A stretch of DNA of 41,936 nt, taken from positions 1 through 41,936 of the forward strand of contig JBBISL010000016.1 in the NCBI GenBank assembly GCA_037441285.1, in the 5' to 3' direction. The translations under genes and the position numbers were made by a program. Positions 16,438 through 26,409 of this stretch are shown here, one piece after another. Each line of letters begins with the position of its first letter. Position 1 is the first letter of the stretch. Source of the stretch: a candidate division WOR-3 bacterium (lineage in GTDB: Bacteria > Hydrothermota > Tepidihabitantia > Tepidihabitantales > Tepidihabitantaceae). A model generated the notes under the pieces. The model saw only the letters and a program-made list of their open reading frames with translations. It made no database searches and was not told the origin of the DNA.

Positions 16438-17919
16438 TTACGGAAGGAGCACCACTTTACCGGTGGTTTGGTTGCCCTGACGCAGGAAGTAGATGCCGCT
16501 ACGGGTTGGTATTTCTATTTGCCTGCCGGTAGCAGAGTACAGTTTTGTCCGGGGCCGGAGGCACAATCCTGAAATCGGATAGATGGTTGTTCGGGGTTGA
16601 TAATTCAACCGGCTGGGTATTTTTTCTTCAACACCGGGCAGGTCGGACACCGGCACATGCAGAACACAGACCGGATTGGTGGTCTGGGGTCCGTGTCCCT
16701 GCTCATAGACGCCGGCAATCTGGTCAACCACGGTGATGATGTAGATAGAGTCGTCAACCTTTGGCGCAATGCAGGGGGAAAGTCGGGAATGTTCGTCCGG
16801 TCCGGTCAAACGATAGGGTCGGCTCCAGTTGATGCCGTTGTCCTGGGATTGGGCGATGAACAGGTCAGCACGGGCGAGCTGGGTCTGGGGTTCGTAGTTT
16901 AAGGAGTCGTAATTGAGCCAGAGGACAAAGAGTGATGCGTCGCTCGCTCTAAAACCGATACTCGGTTTTATCACAAACGGTTCGCCGGGTTCCGGGGGTG
17001 CAATAACCGAGGAGGGGGCAAAGCGATAAACAAGTGTCCATTGTGGGCTCCTGTTCTCCTGCCAGTGCCAGATTTCTGCCGGGGTTTGGTTGGTGCCGTT
17101 CCACACCTGAGTTACGATGTTCAGCCGGTCTGCGTGGTCAAACTGAGCGTAGGCGCCGAACTTTCCCGGTCTGGGGTTGGTGATACTTGTTGGGGGCGGA
17201 AAGATGTTCTGTACCCCGGACCAGGTGGTACCGCCGTCTTCGGAGATGTTGAGCCACAGTGCGGTAGAGTCTTCATTGGTCCAGACCGCGGCAAGACGCT
17301 GGGAGTTTTCTGATGCGGCGATGTTGTAGGTGGGATTAGCCGGCAGGAGCCCATTACAGATTGATACCGGTCTTGACCAGGTAACACCGTAATCACTCGA
17401 GCGTGAATAGAGCAAAGTGTCCTGAGTTGTGGGGTCAACGCACAGTAAATGGAGCCAGTTATTGGCGGTAAAGGCGATGGGCGGGCGCGCGCAGCCCATC
17501 AGGTTCGAGTCGGGTTGCCGCACAACAAAATTGGTGGAGCCGGGAACACTTTCCACGGCGAATATGGGCCAGCGCGGGTCGCGGTTGATAAAACTGGATA
17601 TGAAGGTGCTGCGGTAATACGGGGAGGCGGGGTTTTCCGGCACATCGAGGTTGCCGCTGGCATTGCGCTGGGAGCCGAACACTTCAACCTCACCGGACCA
17701 GGTGTGGGTGGCGAAACTGAAATAATTAGCAAACATTCCGGTCTTGACCCAGGCGGTGTAAATCCCACTGTTAGGCAGATGAACGATGCGCTGCCAGATT
17801 GGTCCGTAGTTCTGGGCATCAACACCGGTCGTGCCGATGGTGTCAATTTTAGTTGTTGCCCCACCAATGCCGAGCAACATTGAGACGATTATCCCGGAAT
17901 AAAAGAATAGGTGTTTCAT
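16438..17919 (-). CDS. Secreted Asp-box/BNR-repeat protein with a T9SS-CTD-like tail (paralog of the adjacent gene)
   Basis: Signal peptide; SSDYGVTW, SEDGGTTW, SQDNGINW; C-terminus LYSATGRQ..SGIYF..KVVLLP. AGGAGG SD. Confidence 0.78.
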   Translation of the reverse strand: MKHLFFYSGIIVSMLLGIGGATTKIDTIGTTGVDAQNYGPIWQRIVHLPNSGIYTAWVKTGMFANYFSFATHTWSGEVEVFGSQRNASGNLDVPENPASPYYRSTFISSFINRDPRWPIFAVESVPGSTNFVVRQPDSNLMGCARPPIAFTANNWLHLLCVDPTTQDTLLYSRSSDYGVTWSRPVSICNGLLPANPTYNIAASENSQRLAAVWTNEDSTALWLNISEDGGTTWSGVQNIFPPPTSITNPRPGKFGAYAQFDHADRLNIVTQVWNGTNQTPAEIWHWQENRSPQWTLVYRFAPSSVIAPPEPGEPFVIKPSIGFRASDASLFVLWLNYDSLNYEPQTQLARADLFIAQSQDNGINWSRPYRLTGPDEHSRLSPCIAPKVDDSIYIITVVDQIAGVYEQGHGPQTTNPVCVLHVPVSDLPGVEEKIPSRLNYQPRTTIYPISGLCLRPRTKLYSATGRQIEIPTRSGIYFLRQGNQTTGKVVLLP

Positions 17920-17941
17920 TTCTGACCTCCTGATTAATTAG

Positions 17942-17969
17942 ATTATAAGTTAGGAGTTATCGGAGTCAA
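17942..17969 (-). promoter_or_regulatory. sigma70 promoter of the Asp-box pair
   Basis: TTGACT-N16-TATAAT on the minus strand. Confidence 0.7.
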
Positions 17970-17993
17970 TACAGCCTTACTGTTGTGCTAATC

Positions 17994-18022
17994 TTGACAG
18001 AAGGTGCTTTGTTCGGTATAAT
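17994..18022 (+). promoter_or_regulatory. Perfect-consensus sigma70 promoter of the porin-kinase operon
   Basis: TTGACA-N17-TATAAT, followed by an AGGAGG SD. Confidence 0.85.
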
Positions 18023-18039
18023 TATAAAAAAGGAGGGAT

Positions 18040-18768
18040 ATGGCAAAGGTCAGGGAGCGGTTTTGGGTTTTTCTTGCTTTAGTTCCGTTTTTTGCCTCTG
18101 GTTTGCCATTTGAATCCGGTTTTGAACTGGCGGGTCGGTCGCGCTATTTGTGGCGCGGGTTAAGGTTGAGTCAGGGTCCGGTGGCGCAACCCGCGGTCTG
18201 GGCTTCTTTTGCAGGCTGGACAATTTCTCCCTGGGCGAACATCACCCTGGGACATGAGGGTGATGGTTGGGGGTTGAACGAACTGGACCTGACAGTCAGT
18301 TATCAACAGGAGATTTCGGGATTTTCCATTGAACCTTCGGCTGCCGGGTATTTTTACGCTGATGACTGGGCAAAACCAGAACTGGAACTGGGGGTCAATG
18401 TCGCTTATGGGCTGGGCGATTTTGAGTTGACGAGCGGTCACAATCTTGGAGTTTTCCCTTCTGCCGGTGGTTATTTCGGGACAATTGGAGGCGCCTTTTC
18501 CCGGGAAGTCGGGTTTGGGTTAGCACCAGAAGTTTCCCTGTCGGCGGGCTGGGGTTCACCACAGTTCAACGAGATTAATTACGGGGTGGCGCGCTGGAAG
18601 TTGAATGTGATTGAGTTTGGCGTGGGATTGAACTACTCATTGAAAGGGTTGCTTGATATTAAGCCGTTTCTTGAGATGAGCGTTGTACCGGACCCGGTTT
18701 TGCGTAATGCCGGTGGTAGCGAGGCGGTTCAGGCTGTTTTTGGTTTAACTATGGGAAGGGGGTTTTAG
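18040..18768 (+). CDS. Putative outer-membrane beta-barrel (TorF/Gcw_chp-like porin)
   Basis: Signal peptide, SRYLWRG..(S)..P..QP, W.N, NELDLTVSY, alternating beta pattern, C-terminal Phe. Confidence 0.7.
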   Translation: MAKVRERFWVFLALVPFFASGLPFESGFELAGRSRYLWRGLRLSQGPVAQPAVWASFAGWTISPWANITLGHEGDGWGLNELDLTVSYQQEISGFSIEPSAAGYFYADDWAKPELELGVNVAYGLGDFELTSGHNLGVFPSAGGYFGTIGGAFSREVGFGLAPEVSLSAGWGSPQFNEINYGVARWKLNVIEFGVGLNYSLKGLLDIKPFLEMSVVPDPVLRNAGGSEAVQAVFGLTMGRGF

Positions 18769-21225
18769 ATGTTTGCGCGCACGCCGATAAGGTTCATATT
18801 GCTACTTCTTGGCGTCGTGCTCTTCATCGGTGCCGCGTTGGTTGTGTTCTACCAGAATGAGAAGGGGCGCGTTGGAGCGATTTTCCGTACTCAGGAGTAT
18901 GCGCTGCACAATATCTTCAACCGCCTGCTGGAGTTAAAGGGTTCATCACTTAATAATTTTGTCTACGATTACACCTACTGGGATGAGATGGTTAGCGCGA
19001 TAAAAAATAACAACCGGAAGTTTTTTGATGAGAATATCGCTGAGGCGCTCGGTACTTACCAGGTGGACGGTGCCTGGGTTTACGGCCGAAAAGGGGGACT
19101 TGTTTACAGCGCATTTGGGGAAGGCAAAGACGGTTTAGCCGGGTTCGCTCTTGCGGATAAGGCAAAAGAAATGCTCAGTGATTCGGTCCGTTTCTGCCAC
19201 TTCTGGGCGGAAACGCCGCTGGGATTGTTAGAGGTGCGGGGCGCAACAGTACATCCAAGTGACGACCCGGAGCATAAGACCGAACCGCAGGGCGTTTTCT
19301 TTGCCGCCCGGTTGTGGAATGACAGTTATGTCAAGGCGCTGGCTCAAATGGTTAATGGCACGGCACAAATCGTTCCGCCGGGTGGTGATGGGGAGAAGAC
19401 AAACCAGGCACAGGGGTTGATTGTGATTCGTCACACCCTGACCGGCGTTGATGGTAAACCGATTGCCGGACTGAAATTAAGGTATATTTGTGGCACTATT
19501 GTGCAGTTTCACCGGGGTGTGATGCAGCAGTTGGGAGTGCTGGTTGTGGTGGCGCTGGTTACGGTTTTGACGATCGGGTTTGGTCTAATTTTCTGGGTCA
19601 CAGTACCGCTTAAGCAGATTACGGATGCTTTGAAGCGAAGGAGTAAGCAGGGGTTGACACAACTTAACAGGAGCCGGTCCGAGTTCGGCGAGTTGAGCCG
19701 GTTGATTAGCCGCTATTTTGCCCAGGAGATGGAGTTGCGTCAGGAGAAGGAGCGGGCTCAGATGTATCTTGATGTGGCGGGCGTGATTATTGTTGCGCTG
19801 GACCGGGAAGGTAGGGTTACACTGCTTAATCGGCAGGGTCGTTTGTTGCTGGGTTATCAAGAGGATGAGGTTTTAGGCAAAGACTGGTTTGAAAACTTTT
19901 TGCCTCAGTCGGTACGGCGCGAAATTAAGATGGAGTTCGAGCGTTTACTGGGCGGGGATGTTGAACCTTTTTCCGAGTATGAAAATCCGGTTTTAACCCG
20001 ATGCGGTGAGGAGAGGTTGATTCACTGGCATAATGTGGTGATTCGGGATGAGTCGGGCAAAATTGTCGGCACTTTAAGTTCGGGTGAGGACATCACCGAG
20101 CGGAAAAAGGCGCAACTGGGGTTACAGGAAAGAGAGGAGATGTTACGGACAATTACAACGACCGCCCGGGATGGGGTTATAATGATTGACGATGAAGGAA
20201 GGGTGGTTTTCTGGAATAAAGCCGCTGAGTTGATACTGGGATATAAGGACGAGGAAATTATGGGGAAGGTTCTACATGAGGTGATTGCGCCCGTGCGGTA
20301 TCTGCCCCTGTATCGGGAGAAGTTTCCCCATTTTACCCGAACCGGTGAAGGTGCAGCGGTGGGCAAAACCCTTGAATTAGAGGCGGTACATCGTAACGGG
20401 CGGGAAATTCCGGTAGAACTTTCCCTTGCGGCGATACGATATCGTGGGAAGTGGCACGGGGTTGGCGTGTTGCGGGATATCACCGAGCGGAAAAAGGCGG
20501 AGAAGGCGTTGAGAGAGAAGACCGAGGAGTTACGCCGGTCAAATCAGGAACTGGAGCGGTTTGCCTATGTGGCGTCGCACGATTTGCAGGAGCCGTTGCG
20601 GATGGTGGGCAGTTATGTCGGACTTTTAGCCCGGCGATATCAAGGGAAACTTGATAGCGATGCCGATGAGTTTATTAATTTTGCGGTTGACGGCGTGGCC
20701 AGGATGCAGCGGTTGATTAACGACCTGTTGACCTATTCCCGGGTGGGAACGAGGGGTAAGGAGCCAGTGCCAACCGATAGTAATGAGGTTTTGAAGCGGG
20801 CGCTCTTGAATCTGAAAATCGCGATTGAGGAGAAGGGGGCAGAGGTTAATAGTAAGCCCTTACCCAGGGTGCTTGCGGATGAGCGGCAACTGGAGCAGTT
20901 GTTTCAGAATCTGGTGGGGAATGCCCTGAAGTTCACCCGGGAGAAGCCGCGCATTGACATCTGGGCAGAGCGCGTAGATGGGATGTGGCGATTTGCGGTC
21001 AAGGACAACGGCATCGGGATTGACCCGAAGTTTTCGGAAAAGGTTTTTGAGATTTTCCAGCGTTTGCACACCCGGGAGGAGTATCCGGGAACCGGAATCG
21101 GGTTAGCGGTATGCAAAAAGATTGTGGAGCGGCACGGCGGCAAAATATGGTTTGAGTCTAAGGTGGGTAAGGGTACAACATTTTTCTTTACCCTGCTGCC
21201 CGCCGAAGAGACAAATGAGGGGTAA
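18769..21225 (+). CDS. Sensor histidine kinase: TM-CHASE4-TM-PAS-PAS-HisKA-HATPase
   Basis: DYTYWDE (CHASE4), two PAS/PAC domains (DITERK x2), [37 protein letters not shown]. Confidence 0.93.
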   Translation: MFARTPIRFILLLLGVVLFIGAALVVFYQNEKGRVGAIFRTQEYALHNIFNRLLELKGSSLNNFVYDYTYWDEMVSAIKNNNRKFFDENIAEALGTYQVDGAWVYGRKGGLVYSAFGEGKDGLAGFALADKAKEMLSDSVRFCHFWAETPLGLLEVRGATVHPSDDPEHKTEPQGVFFAARLWNDSYVKALAQMVNGTAQIVPPGGDGEKTNQAQGLIVIRHTLTGVDGKPIAGLKLRYICGTIVQFHRGVMQQLGVLVVVALVTVLTIGFGLIFWVTVPLKQITDALKRRSKQGLTQLNRSRSEFGELSRLISRYFAQEMELRQEKERAQMYLDVAGVIIVALDREGRVTLLNRQGRLLLGYQEDEVLGKDWFENFLPQSVRREIKMEFERLLGGDVEPFSEYENPVLTRCGEERLIHWHNVVIRDESGKIVGTLSSGEDITERKKAQLGLQEREEMLRTITTTARDGVIMIDDEGRVVFWNKAAELILGYKDEEIMGKVLHEVIAPVRYLPLYREKFPHFTRTGEGAAVGKTLELEAVHRNGREIPVELSLAAIRYRGKWHGVGVLRDITERKKAEKALREKTEELRRSNQELERFAYVASHDLQEPLRMVGSYVGLLARRYQGKLDSDADEFINFAVDGVARMQRLINDLLTYSRVGTRGKEPVPTDSNEVLKRALLNLKIAIEEKGAEVNSKPLPRVLADERQLEQLFQNLVGNALKFTREKPRIDIWAERVDGMWRFAVKDNGIGIDPKFSEKVFEIFQRLHTREEYPGTGIGLAVCKKIVERHGGKIWFESKVGKGTTFFFTLLPAEETNEG

Positions 21226-21256
21226 GGGGCAATGTGCCCGTAAGAAAGGAGGGAGA

Positions 21257-21718
21257 ATGACAAAATGTGAAAATGGAACACCGGTGGAAATCCTTCTGGT
21301 TGAGGACAATCCGGGTGATGTCCGTTTGACCCAGGAGGCGTTGCGCGAGGCAAAGGTGCGCAACAACCTGCAGGTGGTCCAGGATGGCGAAGCGGCTTTG
21401 AACTTCCTTTATCGTAAAGATGGGTTTAGCGATGCGCCGCGACCGGACATCATCCTGCTGGATTTGAATCTGCCGAAGAAAAATGGCCAGGAAGTTCTGG
21501 CAGAGATTAAGGCAGACCCCTGTTTGCGCCGGATTCCGGTGGTGATTCTTACCACTTCCAAGGCGGAGGAGGATATCCTGAAGAGTTATGACCTGCATGC
21601 CAACTGCTATGTGACAAAGCCGGTTGATTTTGAGCAGTTCATCCGGGTGATAAAGTCGATTCAGGAGTTCTGGCTGACGGTGGTGAAATTACCAGAATTG
21701 GGTGACAGTGGAAGGTAG
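21257..21718 (+). CDS. Single-domain response regulator (Rcp1-like)
   Basis: [38 protein letters not shown] 21257 follows AGGAGG. Confidence 0.93.
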   Translation: MTKCENGTPVEILLVEDNPGDVRLTQEALREAKVRNNLQVVQDGEAALNFLYRKDGFSDAPRPDIILLDLNLPKKNGQEVLAEIKADPCLRRIPVVILTTSKAEEDILKSYDLHANCYVTKPVDFEQFIRVIKSIQEFWLTVVKLPELGDSGR

Positions 21719-21762
21719 CAGAGCAGAATCCGTAGAGAACAGAAGAGCAGAAGCGGGATAAA

Positions 21763-22887
21763 ATGGTTGGAGAAAGGTTGCGGATTCTTCTGGTTGAGGA
21801 CAATCCGGGTGATGCCCGGTTGTTGCAGGAGACAATTGCCGAAGCGGACGGGGGCAGGTTTGAAATCACCCATCTGGTACGGTGTGAGGAGGCGACACAA
21901 CGATTGAAGGCGGAGAGTTTTGATGTGGTGCTGCTTGACCTATCGCTACCGGACAGTAAGGGGCTGGAGACGGTGGAGCGGGTCAATACCGCGGCGCCCC
22001 AGGTGCCGATTGTGATTATGACCGGGCTGGATGATGAGGAGATGGCGGTGGCAGCGGCAAAGATGGGGGCACAGGATTATCTGGTAAAGGGGCATATTGA
22101 CAGCCGGGGGCTGGTGCGCAGTTTGCGTTATGCGCTGGAACGAAAATGCCAGGAGCTGGAACTGGCAGAAAAGAATGCGCAGCTGGCAAAGTTGAGCGAG
22201 TTGAAGAATCAGTTTCTTGGTATGGCGGCACATGACCTGCGTAACCCGCTGACGGTGATAATCACCTGTGCCGGTTTTCTCTTAGAGGAGGCGGGCGCTT
22301 CATTACCTGAGGAGAAGAAGCGGGGGTTTATTGAGCGGATTAAGGCAAACGCCGAATTTATGGTCAATTTAATCAACGACCTGCTGGACTTTACCCGGAT
22401 TGAGGCGGGTCAGATTGAGTTGAATCTCGAGCCGGTGGAGTTGACAGAGCTGGTGGCGAAGAACATAGAGGAGAACCGGCTTTTAGGCGCGCAGAAGGGG
22501 ATTGAACTGGAACTGGTGGTTGAAGGCGATGGTGCCCGGGTTAATGCGGACCCGGCACGGATTACCCAGGTGCTCAACAACTTTTTGAGTAATGCGTTTA
22601 AGTTCTCGGCTCCGGACACAAAGGTGTCGGTGCTGGTGGGCAGGGAAAACGGCGGAGTGCGGGTGGCGGTAAAAGACCAGGGGCAGGGGATTCCAGCCGA
22701 TGAGATGAGCAAGTTGTTTAAGCCATTTCAAAAGACCAGTGTCCGGAGCACCGCGGGTGAGCGTTCTACCGGTCTGGGATTGGCGATTTGCCGGCAGATA
22801 ATTGAGGCGCACAAGGGTTTAATCGGCGCCGAGTCCGAGCCGGGTAAAGGGTCAACATTCTTTTTCTGGCTACCGGTTACTGAGTAA
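21763..22887 (+). CDS. Hybrid REC-HisKA-HATPase kinase
   Basis: ILLVEDN, LLDLSLPD, AQDYLVK, AAHDLRNPL, NFLSNAFKF, DQGQGI, GLGLAI. Confidence 0.93.
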   Translation: MVGERLRILLVEDNPGDARLLQETIAEADGGRFEITHLVRCEEATQRLKAESFDVVLLDLSLPDSKGLETVERVNTAAPQVPIVIMTGLDDEEMAVAAAKMGAQDYLVKGHIDSRGLVRSLRYALERKCQELELAEKNAQLAKLSELKNQFLGMAAHDLRNPLTVIITCAGFLLEEAGASLPEEKKRGFIERIKANAEFMVNLINDLLDFTRIEAGQIELNLEPVELTELVAKNIEENRLLGAQKGIELELVVEGDGARVNADPARITQVLNNFLSNAFKFSAPDTKVSVLVGRENGGVRVAVKDQGQGIPADEMSKLFKPFQKTSVRSTAGERSTGLGLAICRQIIEAHKGLIGAESEPGKGSTFFFWLPVTE

Positions 22888-22895
22888 AACCGGTG

Positions 22896-22924
22896 TTGAC
22901 CGGACGGTTTAATCCCGCTATTAT
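22896..22924 (+). promoter_or_regulatory. sigma70 promoter, leaderless geometry
   Basis: TTGACC-N17-TATTAT; ATG 22931 lies 6 nt downstream. Confidence 0.7.
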
Positions 22925-22930
22925 GAACCG

Positions 22931-24172
22931 ATGTGGGACAAGGAAACTTTTGATAAAATCGTGCAGCGGATTGAGGCGCTGGAGCCGGCGATGGTGGAGA
23001 TGCAGCGTCGGCTCGTGGCGCTGCCGGCAATCAGCCCGAAGTCAGGCGGGGAAGGCGAAAAGGCAAGGGTTGAGTATCTGAAAGGGGTTCTGGCGGGCTG
23101 GGGGCTTGAGGTCAAGGAGTTTCGTGCCCCGGACCCGCTGGCGCCGTGCGGTTATCGGCCCAGTCTGGTGGTGCGACAGAAAGGGGAAGGTAAGGGTCCT
23201 ACGCTCTGGGTGATGACCCATCTTGATGTTGTGCCGGCGGGACCAATGGAGTTGTGGGAGTCAGACCCGTTTTGTGCCCGGGTGGAGAACGGGAAAATCT
23301 ATGGCCGGGGTGTTGAGGACAATCAGCAGGAGATGGTGGCGAGTATTTTTGCCCTGAAGGCGCTTTTGGACCTCGGGCTTGCCCCGCGCTTGCCGGTTGG
23401 TTTGATGCTCGTGGCGGATGAGGAGACCGGTTCGGCTTTCGGGGTTGACTGGCTGCTGAAAAATCACCAGTTGTGCCGTAAAGAGGATTTGGTTGTTGTG
23501 CCGGATGCGGGAAACGAGGCGGGCACGCTGCTTGAGATTGCGGAGAAGTCAATACTCTGGATGAAGTTTACGACCATCGGGCAACAGGCGCACGGTTCCA
23601 CTCCCCACCACGGCAACAACGCGCACCGGGCCGGTGCCCAGCTGTTAATCAAACTGGACCGGGTTTTGCACGAAAGGTTCAATGCCCGGGACGAGTTGTT
23701 CACGCCGCCCTATTCGACGATGGAGCCGACGAAAAAAGAGGCGAATGTCCCCAATGTCAATACGATACCGGGGGAGGATATCTTCTATTTTGACTGCCGG
23801 ATTCTGCCGGTTTATGCGCTCGAGGAGTTGTTGCAGGTGGTCCAGGAGGTGGTGGCAACGGTGGAACAGGAGTTTGGGGTGAAAATCAAGGTTGATATTG
23901 AGCAGGCGGCGCCCGCCGCGCCCCCGACGCCAGCGGACGCACCGGTCGTGCAAAGACTGGCAAAGGCGGTAAGGGCGGTGTATGGCGTTGAGCCTTTTGT
24001 CAAGGGTATTGGCGGTGGTACGGTGGCAGCGTTTTTCCGGCGGCAAGGGATACCGGCGGTGGTCTGGGGTAAAAATGCCGGTCAGGCGCACAAGCCAAAT
24101 GAGTTCTGCGTCATCGCCAATATGGTCGGCAATGCCAAGATTTATGCTTATCTTTATGGCGAGGAGGTTTAG
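22931..24172 (+). CDS. M20-family metallohydrolase (DapE/ArgE-like)
   Basis: HLDVVP, GRGVEDN, DEETG, HGS.P..G.NA, GGGT, AHKPNE. Confidence 0.9.
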   Translation: MWDKETFDKIVQRIEALEPAMVEMQRRLVALPAISPKSGGEGEKARVEYLKGVLAGWGLEVKEFRAPDPLAPCGYRPSLVVRQKGEGKGPTLWVMTHLDVVPAGPMELWESDPFCARVENGKIYGRGVEDNQQEMVASIFALKALLDLGLAPRLPVGLMLVADEETGSAFGVDWLLKNHQLCRKEDLVVVPDAGNEAGTLLEIAEKSILWMKFTTIGQQAHGSTPHHGNNAHRAGAQLLIKLDRVLHERFNARDELFTPPYSTMEPTKKEANVPNVNTIPGEDIFYFDCRILPVYALEELLQVVQEVVATVEQEFGVKIKVDIEQAAPAAPPTPADAPVVQRLAKAVRAVYGVEPFVKGIGGGTVAAFFRRQGIPAVVWGKNAGQAHKPNEFCVIANMVGNAKIYAYLYGEEV

Positions 24173-24175
24173 GCG

Positions 24176-24547
24176 ATGGAGTTAAGGTCGCCGGAGGAGT
24201 TGAAGGCGTTTGTTGAGATTGACCGGGTCCAGGTGGTTGATGAGCGCGCCAAGGGCGGTGAGGTGATTTTAATTCCGCTGTTGAATCCGTTTGCGCCGAT
24301 GCCGGCATTAGGCGCGGTCGCGGACAACCTTGCCTGGTTTATGGAGCAGGTCACAGGCCGGGGCTATCAGAAGGCGGAAGAGGTTTACGAAATAGGCTAT
24401 GTGGTGCGCGAACCGGGCCATCAGGCTTTTGGGCTCAAGGTCAATGCGGAAGGCGGAATGGTGGTGATATCGCGGATTGCGATTCTGGAGGATGAGTCGA
24501 TTTTCCGGCGCTATGCCGACTATTTGCGCACCGGGCTTCTTTTCTGA
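24176..24547 (+). CDS. Hypothetical protein (123 aa)
   Basis: GGAGG SD; starts 3 nt after the M20 stop. Confidence 0.75.
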   Translation: MELRSPEELKAFVEIDRVQVVDERAKGGEVILIPLLNPFAPMPALGAVADNLAWFMEQVTGRGYQKAEEVYEIGYVVREPGHQAFGLKVNAEGGMVVISRIAILEDESIFRRYADYLRTGLLF

Positions 24548-26409
24548 AAGAAAACCTCAGAGACAAGAATAACCATTTCGATTAGAAACGCCAGCAGGGC
24601 GAGAAATAAGAGCGGTGCGGTTAGGTCCGCGCTGGGCACCGCCTGGGTTTGTATTGTAATGCCGGTGCGAGGTAGGAGGTTGTCAGATATCGGGGTCAGG
24701 TCACCTTCCTGGGCATCAGGGTTGACCGCAATCGCAATGCTGTCAAGGCGGTAAATTCCCGGGCTTCGGGTGTCGGCGAAAACAATGCGGGGGCGGGGTG
24801 GTCCAGGTTGGGGGGAGATGAGAATGTTACCTAAGGGTGTTGACAATGTTACCGGAGCGAGACTTTTTACCGGCAGGGTGACAGTGTCACCGACAATATA
24901 ATCGGTGCGATAAGCGGTGGTGGTAAGGTAGTTCAGCGTACGAATGAGGAGCGGGGCAAATGGCGCCTTGAACACCAAATCGGTAGCAAATGGTGCCGGG
25001 GCAAAAGCCCAGACAATCAGGTTTTTTCCGGGGACTTCAACGATGAGCGGGTCGCCGCTGGCAAGTTGCATCAGGCTTTTGCCACCGGCGAGGCGGGTGG
25101 TGAGAAAGAAGCGGGTGGGGGCGAAGTCGCGGGGATGGAAGATGTTGAGGATGGGGTGGGTTGTGTCAACCCGGGCAACGGTGAGGAAACCGGCGGGATG
25201 GTTGGTACCGAGGATTTTGAGGTAACGGTTGAGCCCGCAAAGTTCCGGGAGCGGGTTGCCGGCGATGATGAGGGCGGCACCGCCGGCGGCGAGATAAAAA
25301 TCAATCCGGTCCCAATCTCCCGGTTGCAAAGCCGCGGCATCGGTGGTGATGAGGAGCGGGTAGCGGCTCAAATCTAGGCTGTGCAACTCGGGTCGGTGAA
25401 CGGTAGTGGGTAAAAATGGTCCGGCTGTGTCGGCGGCAAGGACAAGGTTGAGGTAGCGGTCTGAGGCTGAAGGTGCCTGAACGATGAGTAGCGGTACTTT
25501 TGCTGGAATGTTGAGGGCAAAGTAGCGGGTGTCGTCAAGGGGCAGAGAGTCGGCGCTGAGCTGGACAAAGCCGGTGTCGATAGAGCGGAAGCCGGTTTGA
25601 GCGGTGCGGTGGGCGGAAAATGAGACGGTGGCGGTAGTGCGGGGTGCGAGGTTAATCGTCTGTTCTTCGAAAGCGCCATTACGGTAAAGGCGCACGGTAC
25701 GGGTGATGGGCTGAGAACTGTGGTTAATGATTTCCGCCTTGATAAAGTTGTTGTCAAGGTAAAGGCGCCCGATACCGGCGTTGACGAATTTTGGGCGGCC
25801 GAGATGGACGATGTGGAGTGGCGCGGGCGGTTGAGACAGACCGGTTTCCGGGAGAGCGGAACGCTGGAGGTCGGTGATGAGCACCAGCGGTGGTGTGCCG
25901 GTGCGGCTTTCGGTAAAGGCGCGTATTAGTGCCGGGGTCAAGGCAGCGGCGGCGGGGGAAGGCGTGAGGGTGTCAAGGATGGTGCGCAGAGTTTTTGGGC
26001 CGGTGAAGAAGGTGTCAGGCTGGCTGGTAAGGATGAGTCGGGGTCGCTTTGCAGCGTTGACAAACTGCTGGGCAGCAAGGCGGGCGTGCGTCCAGCGGCT
26101 GCCATAACCCATACTGTAGGAGTCGTCAAGAATGACGATGAGGTCTTCGCTTTTTAAGCCCGGGAGGAAGCGGGGCAGGTAGGGCCGGGTAAGGGCAAAA
26201 AGGAGGCAGAGCAGGGCGAGGGTGCGGAGAATCAGCAGGACAAGCTCCCGTAGCCGGAGCCAGGAGAAGCGCTCGCGGCGCACGGTTTGCAAGAGAAGTA
26301 AAGAGGGAAAGGCAAGCCGGCGCAGCCGGAGCCGGCTCAAAAGGTGGATGAGGACCGGCAGGAGGGCAAGGGGCAAAAGCAGGAGAAATCCCGGGGCAAG
26401 AAACCGCAT
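24520..26409 (-). CDS. BatA-N / vWA domain membrane protein
   Basis: F..P..L..LPVLIHLL...FPSL..LL.LR (BatA N-terminus), DDSYSM MIDAS, ITD, C-terminal TM. Confidence 0.88.
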   Translation of the reverse strand: MRFLAPGFLLLLPLALLPVLIHLLSRLRLRRLAFPSLLLLQTVRRERFSWLRLRELVLLILRTLALLCLLFALTRPYLPRFLPGLKSEDLIVILDDSYSMGYGSRWTHARLAAQQFVNAAKRPRLILTSQPDTFFTGPKTLRTILDTLTPSPAAAALTPALIRAFTESRTGTPPLVLITDLQRSALPETGLSQPPAPLHIVHLGRPKFVNAGIGRLYLDNNFIKAEIINHSSQPITRTVRLYRNGAFEEQTINLAPRTTATVSFSAHRTAQTGFRSIDTGFVQLSADSLPLDDTRYFALNIPAKVPLLIVQAPSASDRYLNLVLAADTAGPFLPTTVHRPELHSLDLSRYPLLITTDAAALQPGDWDRIDFYLAAGGAALIIAGNPLPELCGLNRYLKILGTNHPAGFLTVARVDTTHPILNIFHPRDFAPTRFFLTTRLAGGKSLMQLASGDPLIVEVPGKNLIVWAFAPAPFATDLVFKAPFAPLLIRTLNYLTTTAYRTDYIVGDTVTLPVKSLAPVTLSTPLGNILISPQPGPPRPRIVFADTRSPGIYRLDSIAIAVNPDAQEGDLTPISDNLLPRTGITIQTQAVPSADLTAPLLFLALLAFLIEMVILVSEVFFQKRSPVRK

